Notes: generated by a model not told the origin, from the letters alone. A DNA stretch of 62,827 nt, filler included, from Rhabdomonas costata (GCA_019059605.1; 35 parts of 35 records of this genome joined end to end with filler, not necessarily neighbours in it); one strand, 5' to 3'; numbered from the whole stretch's first letter, positions 24,272 to 36,993 are shown. Translations and numbers: made by a program.

Positions 24272-26484
24272 GTTCTTTTTAAAGAGTTGAACGCACTGCT
24301 CTCACAATCAAAGTTAAAGAAAAAGAGAGTATAAAGTCACCGTGGAGAGAAATCGAGCTGATTGTAGAAGCGATCAAAAATTCGAACATTCGAATAAAGC
24401 TGGAACAAAGCGGCAAGAAATATGGTTCAAAACAGAAGGAATGCAGCCGTATCCCGGGCCAGGATGCATCTGAACACCTGAACAGTTTTTATGACGCCTT
24501 GGGTATTACTACTGTCTTTGTTTGCAATATGATTGACTCAGGGGGTCCGTTGTCTTTCACGCATAACTCCCCAGTACTCGGATGGCTCCCTGTTCAACCC
24601 AATTCAACACAGAGATTCAAAGTGGGAACAGGCAAAAGTCGTGGTGGCAAAACTCCCCTCTGCAATCCACCCTTTCTCCGCTGAACATGATGCTAAACGC
24701 CACGGGAAAAGGAGGAACTCTCATCGAGAGAATTTCTCGCAACCAAGAAATCCCCTCCATCGCGCGCATACTGTGCCAAAGAAGGATTACCCTTCACACA
24801 CGCACAGACGCACTTTCGACACCGCAGGCAGTGTCTGCGGCGGTGCGCCGCCGCGGCTGCCTCTTCGCCATACACCCCGGCAACAGCGTAAATGCTACAA
24901 CACAGACACGTAATCCCACCCCACCCTGCGCACTGTTCTCTATAAGTACAAAACAGAAGCGAGGGAAAAGGGAAAAAAGAAGAAGCAGAAGAAGCAGAAG
25001 TAACTCCACACGAACAGCCCAGACCCTGAAAAGCACCGCCGTCGACTTACAATCGCACGAAGAGGGGCTGCTGTACCACACAACNNNNNNNNNNNNNNNN
25101 NNNNNNNNNNNNNNNNNNNNNNNNNNNNTTAATTAATTAANNNNNNNNNNNNNNNNNNNNNNNNNNNNNNNNNNNNNNNNNNNNACACGGCCTGCTGGTT
25201 TGCATGTTTTTATTTCGTCTTGGGGTTTGTTGAGGGCCTTCATTTAGCTATTAGGATCCACGCACAGTGAGAACCGGAATTGGGCGAAGTGGGTTAAGGA
25301 CAAATGTTAGGAGAGGACTATACCCCTGTCTGACTCTCCTCTAATTTGGTGACCATCGCACCATAATCACGACCCCCACATCAATGGGGTAAGTTGCTAA
25401 TTCAATAGATAAATGATTCTATGATGGCTCAGTTCAATTTAATTTTGAGAGTTGCAGCCTATATCTTGCGCTCTACCCGCTGTGGCAGGACCGACGGTCA
25501 GCGTTCCTGCAGCAGTGTGTGGACCGAAGGCTCTCGCTGCCCTGCCGCAACGTCAGTGTGTCCCCGAGCTCCCGCCGAGGCCGCGCCAGGGAACCTGCAA
25601 TGTTCCCTTGCGAGGACACCCCGTGAGATTTATATCTTCTGCCTTTTTCCCCAATCACACCGTTTCGTGAATTTCCTGCACATTTTCTGCAGATATGAAA
25701 CGAGAGACAGAGAGATGAGTCTTTTCCGTCCTCGCTTCCTGCACTCACCTGCGGGAGGAGTATCCTGAGAGTGCGCATGGCTGTCTCGTCGGCCTGAGAG
25801 GGGTCGTGGTTTTTTTAACGTGTGAGCGCGACTCGTGTGATGCTTGCTCGTATGGCGGAGTCACTTTGCTGACCAACTGGACGTGCTTCTTAGCTTGCGT
25901 CTTCACATTAGTCTAGCAATGATGTTTGAGAAGCAAATAAGCCCTAGATCTGAACTGTGGTGGCAGCCTTCTTTTGGCTGCTGCTCACAAGAGGGCGGTT
26001 GCGAATTTCATCTTCTGTCTGTTTTAGTTTAAGGCGATGCTGCTTTGCCAAGTAGAAGTCGGTTTCCATTGGTTAACTCTGAACAGTTCATGGTCCCTTA
26101 TGCAAAGCCAACTTCTGGAATTCACGGTGCAGCAAAATGCGCACTCAGACATGAAACGACTTTCTTCTTGAATGTCAAACAAGTTGATTGACAAATCCTC
26201 CGCAGCAGTTCCAACATGGCTGTACAAAATGTCGAAATGAAAATGAATTGCCCACTTGTACCGTACCGTACCGGTGCTTAGCAGTTCCCACCGTATCTTT
26301 GAATTGCGGTGGCTTCCTTCGCTGAGATAACCCTACGTTTGATGTGAGTTTAAGGTGAAGTGCCTACCCAGTGAGTGACTTCCCTGAAAGAGGATTCATG
26401 GCCAAAGTGGCTCCGGCGTTGCTCGCCCTGGGTGTTGAGCTGCCTGGGCGTAGCCGGTGCCCCCAGGCGGTGTTTCCTCGCCAG

Positions 26485-26574
26485 CGGATTTTCAGCGGGC
26501 TCTTTGTGCCTCCAATCACACCCTTCGCCAGCGACGGCTCGGTGGACATCGCCAAGATTCATGACTTCGCCAAG
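26485..26574 (+). CDS. DapA/N-acetylneuraminate lyase/HOGA family aldolase, N-terminal exon
   Basis: RIFSGLFVPPITPFASDGSVDIAKIHDFAK matches the family start G(I/L)xxxxxTPFxxDGxVD; GCCAG acceptor and probable GC donor. Confidence 0.75.
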
Positions 26575-27570
26575 GCACGCCTGGGCACTCTATTTTGATT
26601 CAATCCTTTTTTTTCATACTGTCATCTGGAATTTTTGATGCTTCAGAATTGCCACAGCGATTCTGCTGCCGCTGCTGCCGTCATCACTTCTTTCAATGGA
26701 AAGCAAAATCGGAAATCGCTGCACGACTTGTCCCGCTGCATTTGTCATTCTTGCGCCAGAATCCAATATGAGGCACAGGAACCGTGGCACAGATGGTTGT
26801 AATTATGGGCAACGTATATTTGTTTCTTTGTGCTACTTACTCTGTGCCCCGCCGTCTGATTCGGCCAGGGAAAAAACGAACANNNNNNNNNNNNNNNNNN
26901 NNNNNNNNNNNNNNNNNNNNNNNNNNTTAATTAATTAANNNNNNNNNNNNNNNNNNNNNNNNNNNNNNNNNNNNNNNNNNNNGGTTGGTTGTGTGCAGTA
27001 GAATCTGAGCAGGAGAAAAGATGTGTATGCGAGACGCCGCATCTGCTGCGTTATCTTCCGAAGAACAAGAGCCAGAGCAAGACTAAGGCGATACTGGTGT
27101 GTGGTGCGACAAATGCGGCGGAGGATGCTCAAGAAACAGAGGTGGTAGATCCCGGCCCAGTATCTTATCAGCCAGTTGCCCATTACATGCTCCGTTCTAG
27201 CACTGCCTCATCGGGGAAAGGAGGTTAAGCGACCCCTCCTTTCTTGGGTACCCCAATCGTCACAAGTTTTGGTTGGTATTTGAGGTTTTCCGGGACGTTT
27301 GCGCCGTCGGATGCTTACAGCGCAGCTCTGCCGGTTCTGCTAAGCCCTCCATAACTTCAGGCAAACCATCCGCTTGCCCTACAGGGAACCGTTCATGGCC
27401 TTTTTATCCAGCTGACCTCAACTGGGAATGGGCGTTGCCTGCGCGGCACCTGTCATGTACTTCTTAGGTTAACGGTCAACCGTCGCTAACCGCCAGAAAC
27501 AAGTTTCCAAAAAAACCCGCGCGCTCCACCCCCTACCCTATACTGAGCTTTATCCCGACGTTCCGTTCAG

Positions 27571-28264
27571 AGCAAGGTACCCGGACGGCGCTGGAGCTGG
27601 TGCGCAGCAAGGCCGTGGCCATGGTGGTGTACGTCGCGCTGCCTGACGACACCCGCGACATCACCAGCGGAGTGGAGCTGCGGTGCTGCGCGTGAATGCT
27701 GTGAAATTCGATCTGAGTCTACGCTTCCTTCTATTTTTGTTTTTTTGAAAACAAGTCTTTTTGAAATATTGAAAAAGGAAATCTTTGTGTGGTTTGCTTT
27801 TGTGCGGGTCGGGCTTGAGTGGGGCCTTTTGCCCCGTCAGGGGACAAAAAGCCATCCCGCCACAGCGCTTCGCGTCGTGATCAACAGGGCATTTTTTTTG
27901 GATGGGATTGCGCATTTCTTTGTGCTCTGCTGCACCAGGGCAATTGCTGCTCCAGAAACTCGGGCAGTCGATCGGTGATTGGTGATATGTGCAGATATGC
28001 TGACGATAGATAGAGTTCTAGTATCCACTGGATACCATAACCCTATACCCCCCACCGGCCCACAGCCGTGCCGCGGTAGAGCGCGGGGTGGCCCTGCTGA
28101 CCAGCGAGAAGGTGTTCAAGCTCTTCGTGGAGACCCTGCGGCGGGTGAAGAGCTGGGAGGTGAAGACGTGGCGGGAGTACGTCTCCATGCTCACCGTCGA
28201 GGAGTCCGCAGTCGGGTCTTCCCGCAGCCCCGCGCCGGGCTTTGGCCCCCACAGCCCAATGTAA
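27571..28264 (+). CDS. Carbamoyl-phosphate synthetase C-terminal MGS-like domain; exons 27571-27682 and 28066-28264
   Basis: Phase-2 GT-AG join gives ALELVRSKAVAMVVYV..ITSGVELRRAAVERGVALLTSEKVFKLFVETLRR..EVKTWREY, like CPS GYxIRRxAVDxxVPLxTxxKxAKLFVEAL..VKSWxEY. Confidence 0.75.
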
Positions 28265-29459
28265 GGGCGTCCTGCCCACTGACACATTCGCACACACACA
28301 CCCTTCTGCTTCGATTCCTATTCAAGATCACCGGTGTCTCTCTTCTCCCACACGCACCTCTCTCGCACACAGGCGGCCATTCACTCAAGCGCCCCCTTCT
28401 CCTTCTTTCTACGTACGCCCGCATACAATGTCTTTCTAGGGGGTGTGGTTTGGAGATAGTGCGGGATGTGTTTTCTTTTCAGTTTGAGTGGCGTGGGTGG
28501 GTTGTGTGCTTGAGGGGTCTATGCTATTGTCTTGGGGACAGCCCCGCGCTGGGAGGCTTTGTGCTTGGGGTGGAAGGAGCTGTGTGTGTTTTAGTCTGAG
28601 GAGAATGTCTCCTGCCCTGTGCTGTCGCGTTCTTTCCGTGCTCGACGTCTGCGCAGGGCCGAAGTTCCGGCCCCCCCCCACNNNNNNNNNNNNNNNNNNN
28701 NNNNNNNNNNNNNNNNNNNNNNNNNTTAATTAATTAANNNNNNNNNNNNNNNNNNNNNNNNNNNNNNNNNNNNNNNNNNNNGGGGTTGTGTGATTATCAC
28801 GGACCTCCCTGATAGGATAAGCGGCGGGTAAGCAATACCCCGGAGTGTCATATGTTCAAGAAGTTGTTTTCCCGGTTCCCGGTTCCCGTTCTCGTTATCC
28901 CTTTTCTCGGCACACCGGCAATAGGAGTAACGCTTCCGGGAAGAAGTCCGCCACAGTTGTTATTTTTGCCCTTTTGGACAAATCCTGGGTCATTTTCCCG
29001 TTTTTTTTGAAAGGTGTTGACCGTTGGAGTCTCTAAAAATCGTTTCGCTTAAAAAAAGTTTCAAACTCCGCCCCGCCCGGGCAACTCATATCGTGTTAGG
29101 CCCTGCGTCCGGCTCCTTTTCAGCCCTTTTTTTTATTTGACCTTGAGAGTTTTTGTCGGGGAGAGCAGGAAATATGGCTTTATGGAAAAGGCAGTTGTTG
29201 CTGCGTGCTGGCCCCGTGTCTGAAGTGATCTATCTCAGCTTGTGTTCGGTGCAGGCAAAAGGGTTAGGTTTGGATTCCCTGCGCTTCTGGCTCCGTCCTT
29301 GCGTAAGAGGCTAAGGAGTAGGCCGTCTAAAGTCCTCTCTTAGCGGGGCTTTTAACCATTTGCTCTGGGAGAATCTGGCGGAATTCCTGTGGAGATATAC
29401 GACCAACAAACATAGGGGATAGGGAGCTTAGCGACCGTCATGTACTCTTCTCTACCTTT

Positions 29460-30125
29460 CTAAAAGGAGGGAGGAACGTAGTGACGACCGAAAGGATAGA
29501 AGGAACGAACGAGCTGATGCGAGTGAGTGACAGGAATACCCTCTTAGCTGGAGACATGAATACGAGCGCAGCGAGAATGAATGTCGACCGGGAACGAGGA
29601 ACGTAGTGACGAATGACTGCCGTAGGAACGAAGACACGAACGACCGTAAGGGAGCGAATGTCGAGTGTGAACCGTGATCAATAGAAAGGGAGAAATGAAT
29701 ACGAACGAGCATCGCGAGTGAGAATGAATGTCGACTATGAGGACGAACGAACGCAGTGAGTGAGGACGTCGGAGGAACATGAACGGGAGGTGGGGCGCAG
29801 CGACACCGAGTGTGAACGTGACGACCATGACTAATACTTGCAGAGGAACGGGAAGGACGAACGTAGTGTAGCGAAGTGAGAGCCGAGTGTGACGTGAGAG
29901 AGGAACAGGAGACACGAACGAAGTGAGAGTCGAGTGTGACGTCGGAGGAACATGAGCGTAGCGATTGTGACGACTGAGTGAGCGTACCACCCTTCAGTGG
30001 TGGGGAGCGAACAGCATGTAGAGGAGGGATGCGACCATCGGAGCACCACGACGTCTGAGTTCGGGAGTTGAGCCAGAGCATGCGACGGACGGAGCATGCG
30101 TCTTGAATGAGGAGGAACGGAAGCA
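29460..30125. repeat. Scrambled purine-rich repeat mosaic; minus strand resembles frameshifted Ser/Arg-repeat coding sequence
   Basis: Recurrent motifs gaggaacgtagtgacga, gaatgaatgtcgac, gacgtcggaggaacatga, gagtgtgacgt and gacacgaacga. Confidence 0.6.
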
Positions 30126-30580
30126 CCTTAGGGTGGTGGAGTGACGACGTAACATCATCCCTTACATCCTCTTCCTCTCTTCACTCTCCCTCTCTCTTGC
30201 TTACGTGTGGCCGCTGCCCTCCTCATCCCTAAATGCATCGCGTCAGGGAACTCAGGGTGTGCTTGTTCCCTCTGACTGCAGCGGCCACCATCAGCATACC
30301 ACTTCCATCACACGCTCTGTATCTCCTTCCACCGTCATCCTAACCCTACCTACCTCTGTTTCTGTGGTGGTGGTGACGTTGTGTGGATTGCGGTGTGGTT
30401 CTGTGGTGGAGTAGTTGGTGAGTGAGAGGGAGCGAATGCATACCATAACTGTACATCTTACGCGTAGGTTCTCAACCAACNNNNNNNNNNNNNNNNNNNN
30501 NNNNNNNNNNNNNNNNNNNNNNNNTTAATTAATTAANNNNNNNNNNNNNNNNNNNNNNNNNNNNNNNNNNNNNNNNNNNN

Positions 30581-31300
30581 ACTCGCAGCCCATCAACGCA
30601 TAAGGACTGCATCAGAAGAGAGCACAGGTGGCTCTGCAGCCCTTGATTCCTGAGAAGAGCAGCCTCCTTGTGGGAAACAATGGTTCCTTCGAAGCCTGGA
30701 GGACGAAAGCAGCACAAAACAACAAGCCAAACAATCCACAAGGAAATCGAAAATGGCAAATTCTGTTGTCGTAAGCAAAAATAATGCATCAAGGGATCAG
30801 CGCAGAAATTGACCCATTCTTTGATGATTAATTATTACCCATGTGATAATGACTGGCATTTTCTTTTACCATCTTGATGCATTATTTTCTTCCAAAAAAA
30901 CCCGGAGTTGCTCCATTATTAATCCGATCCAAAAGGAAATACCTTTCCGTTCTCTCCCCCCCCCCCTTTCAGTGGAGGTATTGATACCAAATGTATTGGG
31001 AAACCATAAAATCTGAGCACACAGCAAACAATTGAGAAACAGTTTTTCGAACACCGATTTCCCAGAGACCGTAATCTGTCAACTCGCTCTCAGTTTGTTC
31101 TCTTCATCTGATGCGCAAATAAAAACCTGTGACATAATCTCCAGGGGCGAAGTTCTGCTCTGCAAAGAGTCCCATGCCAGCTCCTGGCAAAGCAGAGGGG
31201 CGAACAACGACACCGTGGCCAATTGTTGGTGCCAACCGACGGACGTGTCTGGTGTAAAGCTCGGCGAAGCTTGCCGAACTAGTCTTTACTTGTCTGCCCT
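30581..31300 (-). CDS. SET-domain protein; exons ~31300-31127 and 30695-contig edge
   Basis: Phase-1 join gives VVVRPSALPGAGMGLFAEQNFAPGDYVTGFEGTIVSHKEA..SHLCSL..LCVDGLR, the SET N-terminal GxGLFA..(E)YxGxxI..IDG pattern; upstream acceptor uncertain. Confidence 0.8.
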
Positions 31301-32440
31301 GAAGCCGAGTCTGCATTGCTTCGGGCGGGGGGCGGGGGGAGAGGTTTTTACAGACAAAACAAAACACAGACAAAGATTGCTGGGACAGGAGGTAAAGCAA
31401 GTGAAAACGGTGAAAGTATATCTCGAGCGGAGTCTTTGCGGGGTTTCGGTTTTTAACGGGAACCTGTTTCCAACGGTTTTTCATGGACTCAGGGAAGACC
31501 ACGGAAAAAGAGCCATGCCCATCGCCTATGGGAGCCCGTTTGCAATCCTCTGTGGACATGAAACTTTCCTACCTCTACAACGCTATAAAAAGCGGGCAAT
31601 TTAACAAACCCATTTTAATAGCATAGCTGTAAAATTTCAAAAGAGCAAAAAAATTATAGCAGTGCTGTACAAAAAATTTTATCGCGGTGATATGCAACTT
31701 CGAGAGATTTATTGATTCCTTTGATGAATTGTGTGATGAATTGTTGCAAATCCTTTGATGAATTGTTGCAAAGAAGACTTCTTTTGAATATGGCAAAAAA
31801 CATACTTCGCAGGAAAGCAATTTTTTCATGCACCTTTTGAAAGCAGTTTTGAATGCATACGATTGTATCTGTCCCGCTTTGCGATGGTGTCACGATCCTA
31901 CAATTTTTCCAAAACTTCCAACCCAAGCTTCAGCATTTCCAATTCAAAAATGTTATGGGTTAACCCAGTAATATAGTATAAAAATATAATTACAGAAAAA
32001 TGTGGTCATAGAAAACAGAATTCACATTGTAGATTGCAGCCAGGGGTTCGGCACCCAGAACAAATTTACAAGTAGTAAAGCGAGAAAGATCAAAGGGGAA
32101 TGAAGAAAAGGAGGTAGATTGAAGGGGACGAAGATGGGAAGTGAACAGATGTGGAAATCGGAGACATCCATCCTTTCTCGGAAAAACCGACTCAGCCGAG
32201 GCTGGTGTCCAATCCACCCCTGCTCGGCTTGCGCAACCACACTCCGCTCTCACTGCACTTTATGTGCTGGTGGTATCCNNNNNNNNNNNNNNNNNNNNNN
32301 NNNNNNNNNNNNNNNNNNNNNNTTAATTAATTAANNNNNNNNNNNNNNNNNNNNNNNNNNNNNNNNNNNNNNNNNNNNTGTCTAAAGAATACTGGCACTC
32401 CTGCAGCAGTGTACCTTTTTTAAAGCTCCTTTCATTACTC

Positions 32441-32760
32441 ATGTTGACACGTTATGATGTCCTGGAGCTCGGCAGTGACGAAGCAAAGCTCCAAGAGTGT
32501 TTAAGGGGTTATGGAGTTTCCGAAAGCCGCATTTCAAGTGCTCCAAATGTGGCTCTGAGATGAAGTCCAGTGTGCACAGGGGCAATCCTGGCCTGGCCAG
32601 AAGTGCCGCCTTAGAGTAGCGGCTGTTATGTACGGTCCACTGCAGGGCTCTAAGCTTTCTTTGAAGCAGTTTGTTCTTTTGGCGCATGGGTTTATGAGGC
32701 GATGCACGTGTCCCCTAAGAAACGGTACACTTCTGAATGTATGCCAAATAACTAATCTGA
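32441..32760 (+). pseudogene. Merlin/IS1595-like transposase N-terminal zinc-ribbon region, frameshifted
   Basis: MLTRYDVLELGSDEAKLQECLRGYGV / FRKPHFKCSKCGSEMK / QKCRLRVAAVMYGPLQGSKLSLKQFVLLAHGF resembles IS1595 DEExC..CPxCG..C.KCR..GTxFEGSKLPL. Confidence 0.65.
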
Positions 32761-33039
32761 TGAGTAGTAATTGAAAATGCGGTTAGTACAACATATTTTG
32801 TCCAAAACAAACTCACGTTTTTACCACGTTTGCATATGTCATGGTAATTTGATGGCTGTATCAAATCCCACCTGGCCGGACCTCACAGTGGCGCACCGAT
32901 GGAAGATGATCTGGAACGTTATTCTGGTTGTACTCATGGCATTATATACTGAAGTCAAGTAATTTTGCAAATGTGGTACATTCATTTTCCGCTGCACTTG
33001 TGGTCACATTTTGGTCCCAATAATGGCATTTACTTAGAA

Positions 33040-33687
33040 TTAAAATTTCATGTGGACACAATAACCATATGCTTTCGGCAACACATTATATACCTTATGG
33101 TAGATCCCACATTTTGCTAGCATTTGGACCGTCCAAAATGCTTGTGCTTGCGGTAGTACAATTTGCGGGTGTTTTAGTAACACCTGTTCCATAGCAAAGG
33201 CTTCAACTTTCTTCATGCAATTGCTTGTCATGCAGTGTTTGGTTTTTGATAACAGATAGCACTTCGGGATAGCACACCGCCAGCCCACATGCACAAATGA
33301 GTGTGTAAAATTTAAACGTAATTCTTCGAGAACAAAAATACCATTTGAAAATAACACCTGTAATTTTGCGTGAGCATCGTTGAGTGTAAGTTGAACTCTT
33401 CTTTGGGAAGGAATCGTTGCAGATTGAAAGCAGGATGCTTTTAAATTGTGTGCCATTGCTAACATTTGCCCGGGGATTAAGACTCCACTTCCGAAAATGC
33501 CTTGGTAATCATTTAAAATTATTTGCACATGTTTACCGACATTTACAACGCAAAGAGAACCCTGGCCAGCCAGTGCGTTTGGTGACTTACAACATTCATG
33601 GCGACAGGAACTATCCAAAACAAGTCGAAGCCTTCTTGTTGGTAATACAGTCACCTCCTTGGTGAGATGACTTGGCTTCCCGAACAT
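33040..33687 (-). CDS. Uninterrupted 215-aa orphan ORF in AT-rich DNA
   Basis: ATG-to-stop frame of 648 nt while its antisense frame has many stops; no recognised motif. Confidence 0.4.
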   Translation of the reverse strand: MFGKPSHLTKEVTVLPTRRLRLVLDSSCRHECCKSPNALAGQGSLCVVNVGKHVQIILNDYQGIFGSGVLIPGQMLAMAHNLKASCFQSATIPSQRRVQLTLNDAHAKLQVLFSNGIFVLEELRLNFTHSFVHVGWRCAIPKCYLLSKTKHCMTSNCMKKVEAFAMEQVLLKHPQIVLPQAQAFWTVQMLAKCGIYHKVYNVLPKAYGYCVHMKF

Positions 33688-36004
33688 CGCACTGAGCTCA
33701 GGGCCCGGTTTACTGATACTTACTTACTTTACAAAATGCTTTACTGATTTCGGTAGGAATCCAAAACAAAACCGTTAGAAGGAAACAAAAAACACACATT
33801 GTAACCACGGTTCCTCGTATTTAAAAAAGACTGTAATTAAGCGAAGAATAAAGAGTGTGTAAAATGTTGTAAAGGAAAGAAAATGTGCATGAAAATAATG
33901 GGAAATATTTACAACAATTCATCGTCCTACGTTTTCGGGTCAAATACGGTAGTTTTGTTGGTATGGGAATTTTGGTCTTTCCAAAGGTGCTTTACAATTA
34001 GTTCCTTTAGTTTTGGTCTAATGCGATAGCAAATTTCAAAATAAGCCGGTATGGTCAAGTGACCAAAAGGTTCTCTGNNNNNNNNNNNNNNNNNNNNNNN
34101 NNNNNNNNNNNNNNNNNNNNNTTAATTAATTAANNNNNNNNNNNNNNNNNNNNNNNNNNNNNNNNNNNNNNNNNNNNGGGTGAGGGGAAGGGGTCATATT
34201 CCCGAACATTGAACTGGTGATAGCCACACTACTGCTGGCATGGAAATTGAGGTCATGTTGGGGGCCTGAAGTTCTGACATGAGCGAAAAAACAATACATT
34301 GGCAGGGCGAAATAATGTAATTGCGTGGAGTCCAGGCGAAGGGTTACCACGTCGTTTTCTCATCTCAGTTTCAATAAATCGTGGATGCAAACCTGGGTAG
34401 GAGCGTTGCACAATCCAATTACCCGCACGGAGTGTTCCAAGAGTTGTTGCGAATGTTATTAGCACACGAACGAGACAAAATTGACAGAAATGGGTGCACT
34501 CCACACTTTGTACAAGCACTGCTTCTCAATAAACGGGGTATATGAATCAGAAAAGAACTAGTCCCCAAGGGTTGGGGCCCTGCTCAAGAAGTAAGTATAG
34601 GTCGCCGAGCAAACAAAAAACATCAAACGCTCCGGAAACAAATGGGCACGGTGGAGCTGCCACCAGGAGACACAAAAGGAAACACTTCGGGACAATAGCC
34701 CAAAGGCAAATCCAGACCCAAATGTTCATGAATATTATGAAACAACTTCGTCTTTTGGTTGTATTCCGGTCACACAGTTCAGCTCCTCCAGATCCAGTAC
34801 CTGAAGAGAAGAAGGAATACCAAACATGTTGGGAATGCATAGGAAAAAGCGAAAAGGAAAAAACTTGTGCCAAGTTGAAGTTGGAAGAAAGTTCGAGGTG
34901 TTTTGAGATAAAAACGAGAACACTACAGTGAGATGTGCAGTCACTCGAAGACTCTCGAAAAGCATGCAAATTTGCTCGCCACAAAATCAAAGTCGACACC
35001 ATGCTACCCACCGCATGAGAGCAAACACCTCAGTACCTCAGTACGAAGGGGGCCGAATCAGGGCTTCCACTGTTTCCGACACGCTCACGCAAAGCCGCAG
35101 CCCAATCATGACCACATACGCTGCCACCCAAAGCGGGCTCACAGCCAGCCTGGTGACCGTTCCCAGAGTTCCCTCAGGACCTCCACAGCGCTCACGGGGC
35201 TCCTTTTCCTCCAAGCTCGAGAGCGGGGTCATACGCCGCCTTCTATCGGCACACTCTTTGCAATTACTGCTCACTGTGGTCACCTGAGGCCGGCGATAGG
35301 ATGCACGGAAGGCCCTAAAGAAGCGTGTCATCTGAAGAGGAGGACATGGTGTGTGAAGCAGAGACCGAGCGGAGCGGGGGATTTCTGTGACGTAATTTGC
35401 GCAGCAGGGAGGCACGTTGGGCGGGAACTCGCATAGGTCGGAAGGGGACTTCGCACTGCACGGGGAGGAGCAGCTGAGGCCTTCCAGGGAGTCGTCGGAA
35501 GCTGCGGAGGCGAGGCAAAGGCATGCTGGACGGCACCGCGTGTTGGACGCTCCATGCGCAGTCATTGTGGGGAAGTCAAGTGAACGTGGAGGTGAGAAGG
35601 ACAGAAAGACACCGCCTGAGAAGAAGGGCTGTATGGTGGCCGATGCTGTGAAGAAAAGTCGCAATGCACTTCCCCAAGTGGGTAATAGGGTTGAAGACTC
35701 ATGGGAAACTTCAGCGATGTGGAAGATTTCTGCATACAACCTCTTGTTCAGCAAGTCCACAAATGTCACAGGATGTCACAAAAGTGCTGCAAAAACGTAA
35801 TAGCACAACAGAATCGTGCGTTTGTCTGCGCATATGTGGGTGGTGGTGAGACGACCTGAGAAGCGAAAAAACCCCNNNNNNNNNNNNNNNNNNNNNNNNN
35901 NNNNNNNNNNNNNNNNNNNTTAATTAATTAANNNNNNNNNNNNNNNNNNNNNNNNNNNNNNNNNNNNNNNNNNNNAATAGAAATCAGAAGTGATTTATAT
36001 AGTA

Positions 36005-36428
36005 GGCTCCACCGTAAACTGAGACTTTCGTCGGAGCAGTTCAAGCACTGTGTTTAGGGCTGAGCGGCACTAAATCTGGGCAGTCAGTGTGTCGGCTGAT
36101 GTTTGGCGTTGAAGGTGCGCGCCGTCCACCCGAAACACGTCTATTTCATCTTCAAAACGACTGTTACTGAGGCCGAAACTTCGCCTTTGCACTGTGTACC
36201 TAAAAGCCTGAAAGGACTGGAGATTTACTCCTAAAAATCCCCGCGCCTTCGCCGCGCAAAGCTCCTTTCCAGTACCGTATTTTGCCTCCCAGGTCAAACC
36301 CTCATCTACGGGCTGCGCTTATCTCCACGTACACTACATTTTTGAGACCAGCGGCTTAAAAACAGGGTGAAAAGACTTCGGTTCGGAATGTTACAGACTA
36401 ATCTCTCAGTTTCCGGGTGGAGCTAGCC
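36005..36428 (-). mobile_element. MITE-like element, longest copy, with imperfect TIRs
   Basis: Left end GGCTCCACCGTAAACTGAGA, right end TCTCAGTTTCCGGGTGGAGCTAGCC; homologous to 22993-23233 and 44958-45029. Confidence 0.75.
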
Positions 36429-36481
36429 TTACGTGCATGACAATTGTCCACCCAACCCATTCAGTTCGCCAGAAAACGTAC

Positions 36482-36993
36482 GCAGGGTAACATGGAGCCA
36501 CAAGAGGTGTTCCAGAAATCGCGTCAAGCACGACGAAGACCATCTTACTCAAGCAGACGCCGAAGCAGTTCAGCTCACAGGCAACCCCCAAACAATCGCA
36601 AACCGAGCCTGACCATTACAGCGAAGGGAATACAGTATCGCCCCTAAAAAAAGGCCAGACGCCCCTCCTCATGCACACAGCGCTATAGTAACCGCCGCTG
36701 CCGTACACTTTGATGTGGCAGGCAGTCCAAAAGCGGGAAAAAAATTGAGCATGTGCAAGCACACTCAATCCGCATCAAACAAGTGAAGGGGCCCATGTCA
36801 TGGGCACCACGCAGAGGTGGCGAGGGGGAAAGACCACCCAACGGGTCACCTAAAGACACCCCCCACGCACATCTCTTCCAAGGACGCATATACGACTCTA
36901 GCGAAAAAACAATATTGAGAAAAGGTAACACAAGAAAAAAAATGAGAAGCGCGTAATCAACTGGGGACAACTGAGCTCGTTTTGCCACTTCAC
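36482..36993 (-). CDS. Putative three-exon membrane protein fragment (36993-36871, 36643-36579, 36543-36482)
   Basis: Phase-compatible GT-AG joins give ..DYALLIFFLVLPFLNIVFSLESYMRPWKRWAILYSLRCNGQARFAIVWGLPMVFVVLDAISGTPLVAPCYP. Confidence 0.4.

Noticed and set aside
34185..34260. GEGVIFPNIELVIATLLLAW resembling the L1/Tx1 GGLGxPNL motif
   Set aside because: A single short motif with no supporting RT sequence on the contig.
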